From Candidatus Uhrbacteria bacterium (GTDB lineage: Bacteria; Patescibacteriota; Patescibacteriia; UBA9934; GWF2-40-263): a stretch of 64,000 nt of DNA. Below the pieces are notes generated by a model, which was not told the origin of the DNA, made no database searches, and was given only the letters and a program-made list of their open reading frames with translations. Made by a program: the position numbers and the translations under genes. Positions 25,577 through 35,138 of this stretch are shown here, piece after piece; the first letter of the stretch is position 1, and each line of letters starts with the position of its first letter. The DNA lies in the NCBI GenBank assembly GCA_026395055.1, contig JAPLZK010000004.1, forward strand, positions 273,891 to 337,890. The letters run 5' to 3'.

Positions 25577-26902
25577 ATGGATGCAAAAAACATCACCATG
25601 GAAAAAATTGTTTCCCTCGCGAAAACGCGCGGGTTTGTTTTTCCTGGTTCCGATATTTACGGCGGACTCGCAAACTCCTGGGACTACGGTCCTCTTGGAG
25701 TTGAGCTCAAAAATAACATTAAACAAACGTGGTGGAAGATGTTTGTGCAAGAACGTCTCGACATGGTCGGAATCGACGCTGCACTCATCATGAATCCAAA
25801 AGTATGGGAAGCGTCTGGGCACGTGGCTACGTTTTCTGATCCTCTTGTTGAATGTAAAACCTGTCACGAGCGTTATCGCGCGGATCAAATCGATCTTGCG
25901 GCACCTTGTGCGAAATGTGGAAACAAAGGAACATTTACGGAACCCGCATCATTTAACTTGATGATGAAAACCTGGCTTGGTCCAAAAGAAGACGCGTCTG
26001 CTGTTGCGTACTTCCGACCAGAAACCGCACAGGCAATGTTTGTAGATTTTCCAAACGTGCTGACATCCAGCCGTAAGCGTGTTCCATTTGGAATGGCACA
26101 AATTGGAAAAGCGTTTCGTAATGAAATTACTCCAGGAAACTTTATTTTCCGTACACGCGAATTCGAACAAATGGAAATCGAGTACTTCGTGCATCCATCG
26201 GATTGGGAGAAATACTTCGAGGATTGGCTCGCAAACATGTACAAGTTTATGGATCGCGTTGGAATTGATGCATCTCGTTCACACAATCTCGAAGTTGAGA
26301 AGGATGAGCTCGCTCATTACTCGAAACGTACAGTGGACATTGAATTTGATTATCCGTTCGGACGAAAGGAATTGTATGGACTCGCGTACCGCACAGACTT
26401 CGATCTGACAACGCACGCAAAGCACTCGGGTTCGAATATCGTTTATACAGATCCAATCACAAACGAAAAATATGTTCCACACGTAATCGAGCCATCCTTT
26501 GGTGTAGATCGAACCGTTCTTGCCGTGTTGCTCTCTGCATACGACGAGGAAACGGTCGCATCTGAAGAAGGGGACGGTGATACGCGTGTTGTACTTCGAT
26601 TCAAAAAAGAAATTGCTCCCATCAAGATTGCTATTCTTCCACTCTCAAAGAAAGAAGAGCTTTCAAATGTTGCGCGCCCAATTGCAGAAGGTCTCGCAAA
26701 GCACTGGCGTGTTGATTACGATGAGACTCAGTCGATCGGAAAGCGTTACCGCCGCCAAGACGAAATTGGAACGCCTTACTGTGTGACTGTGGACTTTGAT
26801 TCTCTTGAGGATAAAGCCGTCACTATTCGCGATCGCGACACCATGAAACAAGAGCGTGTGCCAATTGCAGAGCTCGAAGCATGGTTCAAGAAACAATTCT
26901 AA
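25577..26902 (+). CDS. glyQS: Glycine-tRNA ligase (dimeric class II, archaeal/eukaryotic type)
   Basis: RGFVFPGSDIYGGLANSWDYGPLG...FRNEITPGNFIFRTREFEQMEIEYF class II motifs; 441 aa. Confidence 0.9.
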   Translation: MDAKNITMEKIVSLAKTRGFVFPGSDIYGGLANSWDYGPLGVELKNNIKQTWWKMFVQERLDMVGIDAALIMNPKVWEASGHVATFSDPLVECKTCHERYRADQIDLAAPCAKCGNKGTFTEPASFNLMMKTWLGPKEDASAVAYFRPETAQAMFVDFPNVLTSSRKRVPFGMAQIGKAFRNEITPGNFIFRTREFEQMEIEYFVHPSDWEKYFEDWLANMYKFMDRVGIDASRSHNLEVEKDELAHYSKRTVDIEFDYPFGRKELYGLAYRTDFDLTTHAKHSGSNIVYTDPITNEKYVPHVIEPSFGVDRTVLAVLLSAYDEETVASEEGDGDTRVVLRFKKEIAPIKIAILPLSKKEELSNVARPIAEGLAKHWRVDYDETQSIGKRYRRQDEIGTPYCVTVDFDSLEDKAVTIRDRDTMKQERVPIAELEAWFKKQF

Positions 26903-26922
26903 AAATACTTTGCGATTCTCTT

Positions 26923-28191
26923 ATGCCTCATCAACACTTCACATTAAAAAACGGCATGCGTGTGCATTTGGTTCCGGTGGGTGGAACGCAAGCCGTGACC
27001 GTTCTTGTTCTCACAAAAGTCGGTTCTCGCTATGAGACACCGTCCTTGAGCGGAGCATCACACTTTATTGAACATTTGATGTTTAAGGGAACAAAGCGTC
27101 GCCCAACAACGCTCGACATTTCACGTGCACTCGACTCGGTCGGAGCACAATTTAATGCGTATACCAATAAACACGAGACAGGGTATTACATTAAGATTGA
27201 TGCAAAGCACACAAACCTTGCGGTCGACATGTTGCATGACATGGTGTTTCATTCGAAGTTCGATCAAAAAGAATTAGATCGTGAGCGTGGAGTGATTATT
27301 GAAGAAATTAACATGTATCAAGACAGTCCCATGAGACACGTCGAGGATTTGCTCGAGAGCACGGTGTTTGATGGGAATACACTCGGATGGGAAATTGCGG
27401 GAACACACAAAACCATGAAAGCCATGAAGCGTGATGAAATCATTGCGTTTCGTGATGCGCATTATATTCCGGCACGTATGGTTGTGTCTGTTGCGGGAAA
27501 CATTCCAAAAGATATTCGTAAAACGCTTGAGAAAACTTTTGGAAGTGTGAAAGCCTCAAAGGCGGAACATCCGTCATTTGAACCATTCACCCTTGGAACG
27601 AGTAAACAGAAAGTGAATGTTCAATTTAAAAAGACGGAACAAATTCATCTCATGTTTGGATTTCCTTCCTTTGGGATTGGAGATGATCGCAATGAAGCGC
27701 TCACAATCCTTTCGTGTATCCTTGGTGGAACCATGAGCTCACGTTTGTTTATCTCTGTCAGAGAACGAAGAGGTCTTGCGTACATGATTCGATCAGGCAA
27801 CATGGCGTATGACGACGCAGGTGTCTTCTCAGTCCAAGCAGGGCTTGATAAATCTCGTGTGCCGCTCGCACATAAGACCATTATGCAAGAATTGCGTAAG
27901 GTGAAGAAAACAGGCGTGACTGCAAAAGAAGTGAAAGAAGCCATCGATCACATTCGTGGAAGTATGTTACTTGCCATGGAGAGCTCTTCGTTTCAAGCGG
28001 AGTGGTATGGAGATGATGAGTTGTTTCTCGATAAGGTGAAAACACCAGAACAATACATGGCGAAACTTTCAAAAATTACTGCCGCAGATGTAAAAGCAAT
28101 TGCAAACGAAGTATTGAATGAAAAGAAAATGAAAATGGCGGTCATTGGTCCGTATAAAAATGAAGAGGCATTTCTGAAATCGTTATCGTAA
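26923..28191 (+). CDS. M16-family zinc peptidase (insulinase-like)
   Basis: HxxEH zinc motif (HFIEHLMFKGT) near the N-terminus. Start chosen at MPHQHF to avoid overlap with the glyQS end. Confidence 0.75.
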   Translation: MPHQHFTLKNGMRVHLVPVGGTQAVTVLVLTKVGSRYETPSLSGASHFIEHLMFKGTKRRPTTLDISRALDSVGAQFNAYTNKHETGYYIKIDAKHTNLAVDMLHDMVFHSKFDQKELDRERGVIIEEINMYQDSPMRHVEDLLESTVFDGNTLGWEIAGTHKTMKAMKRDEIIAFRDAHYIPARMVVSVAGNIPKDIRKTLEKTFGSVKASKAEHPSFEPFTLGTSKQKVNVQFKKTEQIHLMFGFPSFGIGDDRNEALTILSCILGGTMSSRLFISVRERRGLAYMIRSGNMAYDDAGVFSVQAGLDKSRVPLAHKTIMQELRKVKKTGVTAKEVKEAIDHIRGSMLLAMESSSFQAEWYGDDELFLDKVKTPEQYMAKLSKITAADVKAIANEVLNEKKMKMAVIGPYKNEEAFLKSLS

Positions 28192-28192
28192 T

Positions 28193-28966
28193 ATGAAAAC
28201 CATCATCGGCAACTGGAAAATGAATTTAGGAGTTCGAGAAAGCGTCGCGCTTGCGCGTGCGTCCTTGTTGCTCCTTCGCGGAAAAAAAGTTGCCCCACAC
28301 ATGGTCATTTGTCCTTCCACCATCGCCCTTTCTGAGGTGCGTAAAGTTGTTGCGCGCAGTGGATGTGGTCTTGGTGCACAAAACGTATCGAGCGAAGAGC
28401 AAGGGGCCTTCACGGGTGAAACATCTGCTCGCATGCTTTTTGAGGTGGGAGCAACACATGTAATCATTGGACACAGCGAACGTCGTCACGTGTTCGGTGA
28501 AACAGACGAGATAGTGAATGCGAAACTCTCGAAAGCCCTCGAGCATAATTTGATTCCGATTGTGTGCGTGGGAGAAACAAAAGAAGAACGCGATGCGGGA
28601 CATGTGAAAAAAGTCATCCTGCATCAATTAGCAATCGCATGTAAGAATGTCCGTCCGAAATTCTCAGAGACTCTGTACGTTGCTTATGAACCTGTCTGGG
28701 CGATTGGAACAGGTGAGACACCAACGTCATCTGAGATTATCGAGGTGCATGCGCATATTCGTGAAGTGCTTGGGGAACTTTTTCCCACGGCACCCGCGAC
28801 TGCATTTGCGGTGTTGTATGGGGGAAGCGTGAATCCAGAAAATGCGTATACGTTTTTGCGTGAAAAAGAAATTGACGGCCTTCTTGTTGGGGGTGCAAGT
28901 ATTAAAATTCATCAGCTCAAAGAAATTGTGGACGCAGCGTGCCAGGTTTTAATTGCGCAATCGTAA
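28193..28966 (+). CDS. tpiA: Triosephosphate isomerase
   Basis: IIGNWKMN...AYEPVWAIGTG...YGGSV TIM signatures. Confidence 0.9.
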   Translation: MKTIIGNWKMNLGVRESVALARASLLLLRGKKVAPHMVICPSTIALSEVRKVVARSGCGLGAQNVSSEEQGAFTGETSARMLFEVGATHVIIGHSERRHVFGETDEIVNAKLSKALEHNLIPIVCVGETKEERDAGHVKKVILHQLAIACKNVRPKFSETLYVAYEPVWAIGTGETPTSSEIIEVHAHIREVLGELFPTAPATAFAVLYGGSVNPENAYTFLREKEIDGLLVGGASIKIHQLKEIVDAACQVLIAQS

Positions 28967-28970
28967 GCAT

Positions 28971-29810
28971 ATGATTTGGATCATTCCTCTTGTATTGATC
29001 GTCGTCGGAATCATTTCCGTGGTTTCGCTTTTGATTCGCAAGATGCCTCAACTGCGTGTTATTAACGTAGACTCCATTCCAAAAGAACGAACACGTAAAA
29101 TCAAAGAGCAAATCATTTTGCAAAAGTTTCAGCGTGCGAGTGGTGATAAAATGAAAGGGGTTACTTCACTTGCGCTCATGATTGGACGTACGTTTTCTCG
29201 TACGGGACGTCGCATTGTTCAACGCTTGTATACGCTTGAGCAGTATTATCAAAAGTTGAAACGTTCTGCGTCGGAAGGACAGCATGCGTATGATGCGGAG
29301 ACGATTCATCGTCTCATTGAAGAAGCAGAAACATTGCGTCAGAAAGATGAATTGATTCCGGCAGAAAAAATGTACATAGACATCATCAGCCACAATCCAA
29401 AGAGTGTGGATGCATATGAGGGCCTTGGAAATCTTTATCTCGCGAACAATCAGTTTGATCAAGCGCGCGAAACGTTGCAGTTTAGTCTTCGATTGTCCCC
29501 AAATGATGCGAGTGTTCTTGTGTCTCTTGCTCAGCTCGAAATGAAACTCGATCAACCAAAGTCTTCGCTTGTTCATTTGAAAAAGGCGATCCAGAAGCGT
29601 CCAAAGAATCCAAAGTATTTGGATTTGTATATTGAGGTTTCTCTGAAGGCGGGCTCTCTCAAAGACGCCCAGGAGGGGATCAAGCGTCTGAAAGAAGTAA
29701 ATCCAGAGAATCAAAAGATCCAAGATTTTGAGACACGATTTTCAGAACAAAAAGCCTCATATATCACAAAATCCCATTCATCCACCGATGACGCTTCACA
29801 AACGGAATGA
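28971..29810 (+). CDS. TPR-repeat protein with N-terminal TM anchor
   Basis: TM segment IWIIPLVLIVVGIISVVSLL, then TPR-like helices (AYEGLGNLYLANNQFDQARETLQFSLRLSPND). Confidence 0.55.
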   Translation: MIWIIPLVLIVVGIISVVSLLIRKMPQLRVINVDSIPKERTRKIKEQIILQKFQRASGDKMKGVTSLALMIGRTFSRTGRRIVQRLYTLEQYYQKLKRSASEGQHAYDAETIHRLIEEAETLRQKDELIPAEKMYIDIISHNPKSVDAYEGLGNLYLANNQFDQARETLQFSLRLSPNDASVLVSLAQLEMKLDQPKSSLVHLKKAIQKRPKNPKYLDLYIEVSLKAGSLKDAQEGIKRLKEVNPENQKIQDFETRFSEQKASYITKSHSSTDDASQTE

Positions 29811-29841
29811 AGTTTGTTATGATTCCGCCCGCAAAGACAGT

Positions 29842-29917
29842 GCCGTTGTAGCTCAGTTGGTAGAGCACATCCATGGTAAGGATGAGGTCATCGGTTCAAT
29901 CCCGATCAACGGCTCCA
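29842..29917 (+). tRNA. tRNA-Thr (anticodon GGT), CCA encoded
   Basis: Manual cloverleaf: acceptor GCCGTTG/CAACGGC, D-arm GCTC...GAGC, anticodon stem CATCC/GGATG with loop ATGGTAA, T-arm ATCGG TTCAATC CCGAT, discriminator U then CCA. Confidence 0.85.
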
Positions 29918-30014
29918 TTCGACTATCGTTAGTTTGCCATGAAGATAGTCGAATGTCCTGAGCTTGTCGAAGGGCCCAATGTACCCTGACAACCATCGCT
30001 CATGGTCTGCGACC
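29918..30014 (+). repeat. tRNA-trailing structured direct repeat, copy 1 (about 97 nt; hairpins CGACTATC...GATAGTCG, GCCC...GGGC, TGGTC-tgc-GACCA)
   Basis: About 90% identical to 30120..30218. Begins immediately after the tRNA CCA. Confidence 0.7.
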
Positions 30015-30033
30015 ACACAAGCAATTCACATAT

Positions 30034-30119
30034 GGGTAGATACTCAAGCGGTCAACGAGGGGAGACTGTAAATCTCCTGGCTCACGCCTTCGAAGGTTCG
30101 AATCCTTCTCTGCCCACCA
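30034..30119 (+). tRNA. tRNA-Tyr (anticodon GTA), long variable arm, CCA encoded
   Basis: Acceptor GGGTAGA/TCTGCCC (with one G-U pair), anticodon stem GGAGA/TCTCC with loop CTGTAAA, long variable arm, T-arm AAGG TTCGAAT CCTT; 86 nt. Confidence 0.8.
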
Positions 30120-30218
30120 TTCGACTATCGCTATCTTGCTATTTAGATAGTCGAATGCCCTGAGCCTGTCGAAGGGCCCAAAGCACTCTGACAACCACCG
30201 CTCATGGTCTTCGACCAG
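30120..30218 (+). repeat. tRNA-trailing structured direct repeat, copy 2
   Basis: Same start (TTCGACTATCG) and same hairpin series as copy 1. A third partial copy (30245..30276) forms the 5' coding end of the GIY-YIG gene. Confidence 0.7.
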
Positions 30219-30232
30219 TCATCTGAGAGAAT

Positions 30233-30532
30233 ATGTTTAACAATGTCGCAATCGAATGCCCTGAGCCTGTCGATGGACAATGTTGTGTATACATTCTTGA
30301 ATGTATTGATCACTCTTATTACGTTGGATTTACAACCAACATAAAAGAACGATTGATGAGACATGAAGGAAAAGATGCCTCACTCTGGACAACGGTCCGC
30401 GCGCCAGTCGCTCTCGTCTATGTAGAAGTACACACTTCATTCATTGAGGCACGTCGTCGAGAATCTCAGTTAAAGAAATGGACAAGAGTAAAAAAAGAAC
30501 GGCTTATTTCAGGAGAATGGCAAAAGCAGTAG
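30233..30532 (+). CDS. GIY-YIG nuclease superfamily protein (second copy), 99 aa, whose N-terminal 14 codons are encoded by a copy of the tRNA-trailing repeat
   Basis: CVYILECIDHSYYVGFTTNIKERLMRHEG...RRESQLKKW GIY-YIG motifs. Only one in-frame start codon is available (30233). Confidence 0.7.
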   Translation: MFNNVAIECPEPVDGQCCVYILECIDHSYYVGFTTNIKERLMRHEGKDASLWTTVRAPVALVYVEVHTSFIEARRRESQLKKWTRVKKERLISGEWQKQ

Positions 30533-30537
30533 TTTTT

Positions 30538-30613
30538 GCCGAAGTAGCTCAGTTGGTAGAGCAACGGTTTTGTAAACCGTAGGTCACGGGTTCGAGTCCC
30601 GTCTTCGGCTCCA
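30538..30613 (+). tRNA. tRNA-Thr (anticodon TGT), CCA encoded
   Basis: Acceptor GCCGAAG/CTTCGGC, anticodon stem ACGGT/ACCGT with loop TTTGTAA, T-arm ACGGG TTCGAGT CCCGT. Confidence 0.85.
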
Positions 30614-30740
30614 GCCTTTATTTCATCAGGATTTGTCTTGTTGAGGTGAAGTGTGGATACGGGTTGTTCCCCATGAGCTTTGGGCCGTAACCTTGACACA
30701 ATCACAGATTCAGGATAACCTTCGCCCATAAATTGAATAT

Positions 30741-30896
30741 ATGTCACAAGAAAACATCATCAAACTCGAGTGCAAAGATTGCAAGCGCGCTGGCTATAAC
30801 AGCCACAAGAACAAGAAAACCTTGAAAGAGCGCTTGGAACTCAGCAAATTCTGCAAGTGGTGCAACAAGCACGTCATGCATAAAGAGACGAAATAA
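30741..30896 (+). CDS. rpmG: 50S ribosomal protein L33 (zinc-ribbon type), 51 aa
   Basis: MSQENIIKLECKDCKRAGYNSHKNKKT...KFCKWCNKHVMHKETK has the four-Cys zinc ribbon and KNK pattern typical of L33. Below the ORF-track cutoff. Confidence 0.8.
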   Translation: MSQENIIKLECKDCKRAGYNSHKNKKTLKERLELSKFCKWCNKHVMHKETK

Positions 30897-30899
30897 GAA

Positions 30900-30930
30900 C
30901 ATCCGCCCTTGTGGCGGGTGTTTTTTGTTT
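30900..30930 (+). terminator. Rho-independent terminator (CCGCCC ttgt GGCGGG TGTTTTTTGTTT)
   Basis: Hairpin plus T-run immediately after the rpmG stop. Confidence 0.7.
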
Positions 30931-30975
30931 CATCGTTGCGAAGTCTTTCGCAATCTCGCATGGTATAATCAATGC

Positions 30976-32310
30976 ATGTCTTTCAAACGATCCCTTATCG
31001 CTCTGGTTTTTGTTCTTGTTCTCCTGCTTGGGTTCACGAGCCGTTTTGTCTTTGCGGATGATTCTATGCAGGCGGTTGAGGCGGAAAAGTCGCAATTACA
31101 ATCCGAGCTTGATCAGATTGAAGCGCAGATCGCACAGTTCCAAAAAGAACTCGTGAATATTAAGGGGGAGAAGAATACACTTACAAATAAAATTAAACAG
31201 TTGAAAGCGCAGCAGGCAACACTCGCTCTTCGGATCAAAGAAACAGCTCTCGAAGTTCAGGATATGGATCATCAGATCACGGCAACGAAATCGCTCATTG
31301 ATAAAAATCAGGTACGAACAGAAGCGTTAAAAGCAGAAGTGGCAGAGTCTTTGCGTCAAATGAATACGAACGATCATCGCACTTTTTTATTTGTCTTTTT
31401 CTCAGAGCACACACTTTTCGATGCACTCTCGGAAGTTCAACAGTTTACGCAAGTAACATCTGGTCTTGATGTGTTACTCGATCAACTGCACAAAACGCGA
31501 GAAGATTTATCTGCACAGAAGACACGTCTCGACGCAGAACAAGATCACGTAGAGAATTTACTCGCGGTTCAAACACTGCAACAACAAGCATTGACCGGAT
31601 CTGTGAAAGATCAAGCAACGTTGCTTACACAAACAAAAGGAAAAGAAAAAAATTATCAGGCGTCGCTTACAGATTCGCAAAAGCAGGCTGCGCAAATTCG
31701 CACACGACTGTATCAACTTCTTGATGTTGGAAAACAAATTACCTTTGGTCAAGCGGTTGATATTGCGACATGGGTTTCAAAGCAAACAGGTGTACGCGCT
31801 TCGTTCTTGCTCGCGATTCTCACACAAGAATCGAGTCTTGGAAAAAATGTGGGGACGTGTAACCGCCCAGGGGATCCTGTTTCAAAGAGCTGGAAGACCA
31901 TCATGAAACCAGAACGAGACCAAGAGCCATTTAAAACAATCACAGCGGAACTTGGCATGGATCCAGATACAACGGCCGTTTCTTGTCCGATGCATGACAA
32001 GAAGGGAAACCAGATTGGTTGGGGAGGTGCCATGGGTCCTGCGCAGTTCATTCCATCCACTTGGATGGGTTACAGAGCAAAGGTAACAAATATTACAGGG
32101 AAGGTTGCAAACCCGTGGGACATCCGAGATGCATTTATTGCGTCGGCAATTAAACTTGGAGCAGATGGCGCAACAACAAAAGACGGAGAGTGGGCAGCGG
32201 CAATGCGTTACTTCTCCGGCTCCACAAACGTCCGCTTCCGATTTTATGGTGATCAGGTGGTTGCGCAGGCAGAGGCGTATCAGAAAGACATGGAAGCACT
32301 GGGAAAATAA
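30976..32310 (+). CDS. Lytic transglycosylase (SLT domain) with N-terminal signal/TM and long coiled-coil region
   Basis: Signal-anchor LIALVFVLVLLLGF. Heptad-rich Q/E/L segment. C-terminal SLT motifs LAILTQESSLG (catalytic ES), GPAQFIPSTW and AMRYFSG. Confidence 0.7.
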   Translation: MSFKRSLIALVFVLVLLLGFTSRFVFADDSMQAVEAEKSQLQSELDQIEAQIAQFQKELVNIKGEKNTLTNKIKQLKAQQATLALRIKETALEVQDMDHQITATKSLIDKNQVRTEALKAEVAESLRQMNTNDHRTFLFVFFSEHTLFDALSEVQQFTQVTSGLDVLLDQLHKTREDLSAQKTRLDAEQDHVENLLAVQTLQQQALTGSVKDQATLLTQTKGKEKNYQASLTDSQKQAAQIRTRLYQLLDVGKQITFGQAVDIATWVSKQTGVRASFLLAILTQESSLGKNVGTCNRPGDPVSKSWKTIMKPERDQEPFKTITAELGMDPDTTAVSCPMHDKKGNQIGWGGAMGPAQFIPSTWMGYRAKVTNITGKVANPWDIRDAFIASAIKLGADGATTKDGEWAAAMRYFSGSTNVRFRFYGDQVVAQAEAYQKDMEALGK

Positions 32311-32311
32311 A

Positions 32312-32342
32312 AACACTCGCTTTGACGCGAGTGTTTTACTTG
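32312..32342. terminator. Bidirectional terminator (AAACACTCGC tttga GCGAGTGTTTTAC) between convergent genes
   Basis: Perfect 10-bp stem with flanking A- and T-runs. Confidence 0.7.
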
Positions 32343-33331
32343 TAATAGGCTTTTCGAACCTCGAGGGCATCGAGACAGGCTTGTTGATTCTCTTTGTTCA
32401 AGAGTGTACAGAATGTTTCTGTGTGTGGGATGGAGTTGTATTCGACGAGATCGTAAGACACAAGACCGTCGAGACAGGCATTCTTTGTACGTTCGTCTTT
32501 TTCTGTTTCACAAATTGCTTCTGCTTTTTTTGGATCGTTTAAATGCGTTGCCATAAGACGCGCACCCATTCCACTCACACACTTTGTGTAGTAGCTTGAT
32601 TCGGCTGCATCACAGAGAGAAAACATGTTCTCGTCCGATGTACGATGTTCTGCGAGATAGACACCCGTATAGTGATAACATCCGGGCTTGAAATACGGTT
32701 CTTCACGACAAAGTCTGAGAGGGTCGTCTTTGTAAACATACGGTGTAGCGAAATCTTGATCATCTTCAAAGTTTTGCATATAGACCCCTTCGGAACAACG
32801 TGCATCGTGTCCGAGCGGTAATTTTTTGCAATACGCGAGGGAACGCGGAACATCGTTCTCGGTAAAAAACATGAGACCGTGTCCAATGCCATGATAACAA
32901 TATCCATCTTGTCCTTCGCAAATGGTTTTGATGATTGTGTCTGGATCTTTTGTGTCTTGGAGTGCGTGCACAATGAGACTGTGAATGTATCCGGATCCAC
33001 AAAGATCGTTTGTGTATTTGATCGCCTCGGTAAAATTTCCGTATTTTTGATATGCTGCGTCTCCAATTGCATGTGTGAGGTCGTGACAACGATTTATCAG
33101 TTTTGGATTTTGGGCAATGAATGTTTGTAACGACGCAAACGCAATTGTTGGACTTTGATCCTGCACGATGGTTTTTAATGTGATGGACATGGCATCCACT
33201 TTTTTCTTGTCTGGAGAAATAGGGAGATGCGCAACTACGGATTGTTGAACGACTGGTTTCACGTTTGCCGTGCGTTTCGAGATCATCCATCCAATCGCAA
33301 TACAAATAACCATCAAGACAATGATTGACAT
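32336..33331 (-). CDS. Cys-rich exported/membrane-anchored hypothetical protein (paralog of 38041..39285)
   Basis: N-terminal TM (start taken at MSIIVLMV). More than 20 Cys residues. Shares CH-x-(T/G)H, C-x-HG(I/V)GH and ICLDAL motifs with the paralog. Confidence 0.55.
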   Translation of the reverse strand: MSIIVLMVICIAIGWMISKRTANVKPVVQQSVVAHLPISPDKKKVDAMSITLKTIVQDQSPTIAFASLQTFIAQNPKLINRCHDLTHAIGDAAYQKYGNFTEAIKYTNDLCGSGYIHSLIVHALQDTKDPDTIIKTICEGQDGYCYHGIGHGLMFFTENDVPRSLAYCKKLPLGHDARCSEGVYMQNFEDDQDFATPYVYKDDPLRLCREEPYFKPGCYHYTGVYLAEHRTSDENMFSLCDAAESSYYTKCVSGMGARLMATHLNDPKKAEAICETEKDERTKNACLDGLVSYDLVEYNSIPHTETFCTLLNKENQQACLDALEVRKAYYK

Positions 33332-33501
33332 GATGGTGTATCTGCGAGCAGTTGTCGTTTTTGTTTCCGAACGCATAATTTGTCCGGAGGATACGATAAA
33401 ATGGAGGAAAAGTCAAGGGATAGCAAGGTCTTTCTTATACCTATTTCGATGGTTCATTGGTCGGAAAACAAAAAAATCCTCGGCAAAGCCGTGGATATTT
33501 T

Positions 33502-33575
33502 TGGCAGGGGCGGCGAGAATCGAACTCACGTCAAAGGTTTTGGAAACCTTCGTCCTACCATTGAACGACGCCCCT
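33502..33575 (-). tRNA. tRNA-Trp (anticodon CCA), CCA encoded
   Basis: Minus-strand cloverleaf: acceptor AGGGGCG/CGCCCCT, anticodon stem AAGGT/ACCTT with loop TTCCAAA, T-arm GTGAG TTCGATT CTCGC. An extended -10 TGTATAAT lies 12 nt upstream. Confidence 0.8.
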
Positions 33576-34017
33576 ATGGTAGCTCGAGGATTATACAAGA
33601 ATGAGAAAAAAAGGGAAGGCTCTTTCTTGTCATATTGGTATTTCTTGTGAGTATAAACAGGGGTTTATGCTTGACAAAAGTGCTTTTTTAGCGCATCTTC
33701 CTTTGAAGATGAGATTCGGTTGGATGTTCAAAAGGGAGGTGTCTCAAGTTCTTTGATCTCAATGAAGAGGGCGACTGGCTGCAGATGCTTAGCGACGAAA
33801 GAGATCTTCGATGCAGTCCCAATTGGGCTCTCGTTCTTCTTCTCGTGTGCTATCTCACATGGCCACTCATCATCTTCGGCCGAAAGATCAGTCTTTCGAG
33901 ATCCTTCTTCCATCTGCAGTGGCGGTATGGTCGAGGATAAGCGTTATGGAACTCTTGTAAAGTCCGTTGGGTGTATCGCAGGCACGTTGCTGCTTCTACA
34001 CTCGGCGGGCTATTTTT

Positions 34018-34050
34018 GTTGAATAAAAAAACCCACAGATGTGTTTCTGT
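34018..34050 (-). terminator. Rho-independent terminator on the minus strand (CCCACAG aaacacat CTGTGGG TTTTTTT)
   Basis: Hairpin plus T-run downstream of the gmhB-like gene. Confidence 0.65.
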
Positions 34051-34059
34051 GGGGAGAGC

Positions 34060-34611
34060 TTATGGCAGCAACCGTGCGGCTTGCATGATGTCGAGCACGC
34101 GATGATCGGCACTTGTTTCTGTTCCTTCGTCGCACACGCGGATGGTTTTTGTGTGAGCGGCTTTGCCTGCCTGAACATCCGTTTCGAGGTCTCCAATCAT
34201 GTACGAGCGCGACAGATCGATTCTGTGCGCGTCTCGTGCATGCAAGAGCATTCCTGGTGCGGGTTTTCGGCAAGAGCATTTGTCTTTCGGACGATGCATG
34301 CATGCGTAGAGCGCGTCGAGCGGGAGCGCGCGGAAGACATCCATCATACGTTCGAATTCCTGGGGATCGATGTGTCCTGTTGCGACGTCTGGTTGGTTCG
34401 TCACCAAAATGCAGAGATATCCTTTTTGTCGAATGAGCTCGAGAGCTTCTTCAACATTGGGCTTGAGCCGAAGTTCCTGCATGGTAAATGGTGCGGTGTA
34501 CCGAAATGGTTTGCCGCCAAGAAGGAATCCTTCGCCACGATCCACAAGATGGTTGAGAACGCCATCGCGATCAAGGAACACGGCATCAACAAGAGATTGA
34601 GAATGAGTCAT
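34060..34611 (-). CDS. gmhB: HAD-IIIA phosphatase, D,D-heptose 1,7-bisphosphate phosphatase / histidinol-phosphatase-like
   Basis: HAD motif I AVFLDRDGVLN, motif II ILVTNQ, and C-terminal GDxxxD (MIGDLETDVQAG). Start at MTHSQS. Confidence 0.65.
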   Translation of the reverse strand: MTHSQSLVDAVFLDRDGVLNHLVDRGEGFLLGGKPFRYTAPFTMQELRLKPNVEEALELIRQKGYLCILVTNQPDVATGHIDPQEFERMMDVFRALPLDALYACMHRPKDKCSCRKPAPGMLLHARDAHRIDLSRSYMIGDLETDVQAGKAAHTKTIRVCDEGTETSADHRVLDIMQAARLLP

Positions 34612-34691
34612 GGGAAACCTCCAGAAGCAGATTGAGAATATGCCTGAAAATCCCTCGTTTGTCAACGGGTGATTTGTTATACTGTTTATCT

Positions 34692-35105
34692 ATGAACCAC
34701 TGGCTTCTCAAAACAGAACCTTCCACGTTTTCTTGGTCTGACCTTGTGCGCGATAAAATCGGTCACTGGGATGGGGTTCGGAATTATCAGGCGCGGAATA
34801 ATCTTCGTGCGATGAAGAAGGGAGATTTGGTTTTCATCTACCATTCTATCGAAGGGAAATGCCTTATTGGTATTGCGAAGGTAGTGCGAGAGGCATATCA
34901 AGATGTATCGGCAAAAGAAGGAGATTGGAGCATGGTGGATATTGAGCCTGTTGAGAAGATGGCTCGAGAAATCACACTTCATGAGATTAAAACGAATCCA
35001 GATCTCCGAGCTATGGTACTCGTCAATAATTCACGATTATCCGTTCAACCAGTAACTGATCAAGCATGGAAAATTTGTTTGAAGATGGCAAAGACTGCTT
35101 TGTGA
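34692..35105 (+). CDS. EVE (PUA-like) domain protein
   Basis: MNHWLLKTEP...W..VRNYQARNNLR.MKKGDLVFIYHS pattern is diagnostic of EVE domains. Confidence 0.7.
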   Translation: MNHWLLKTEPSTFSWSDLVRDKIGHWDGVRNYQARNNLRAMKKGDLVFIYHSIEGKCLIGIAKVVREAYQDVSAKEGDWSMVDIEPVEKMAREITLHEIKTNPDLRAMVLVNNSRLSVQPVTDQAWKICLKMAKTAL

Positions 35106-35138
35106 TATGATAAAAGAAATCCTTTAGTCTTTTTTTGT

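Noticed and set aside
33728-33913. 61-aa minus-strand ORF between tRNA-Trp and the gmhB terminator
   Set aside because: It has no SD or promoter context and no recognisable domain. It is left unannotated, although the ~400-nt gap here is otherwise unexplained.
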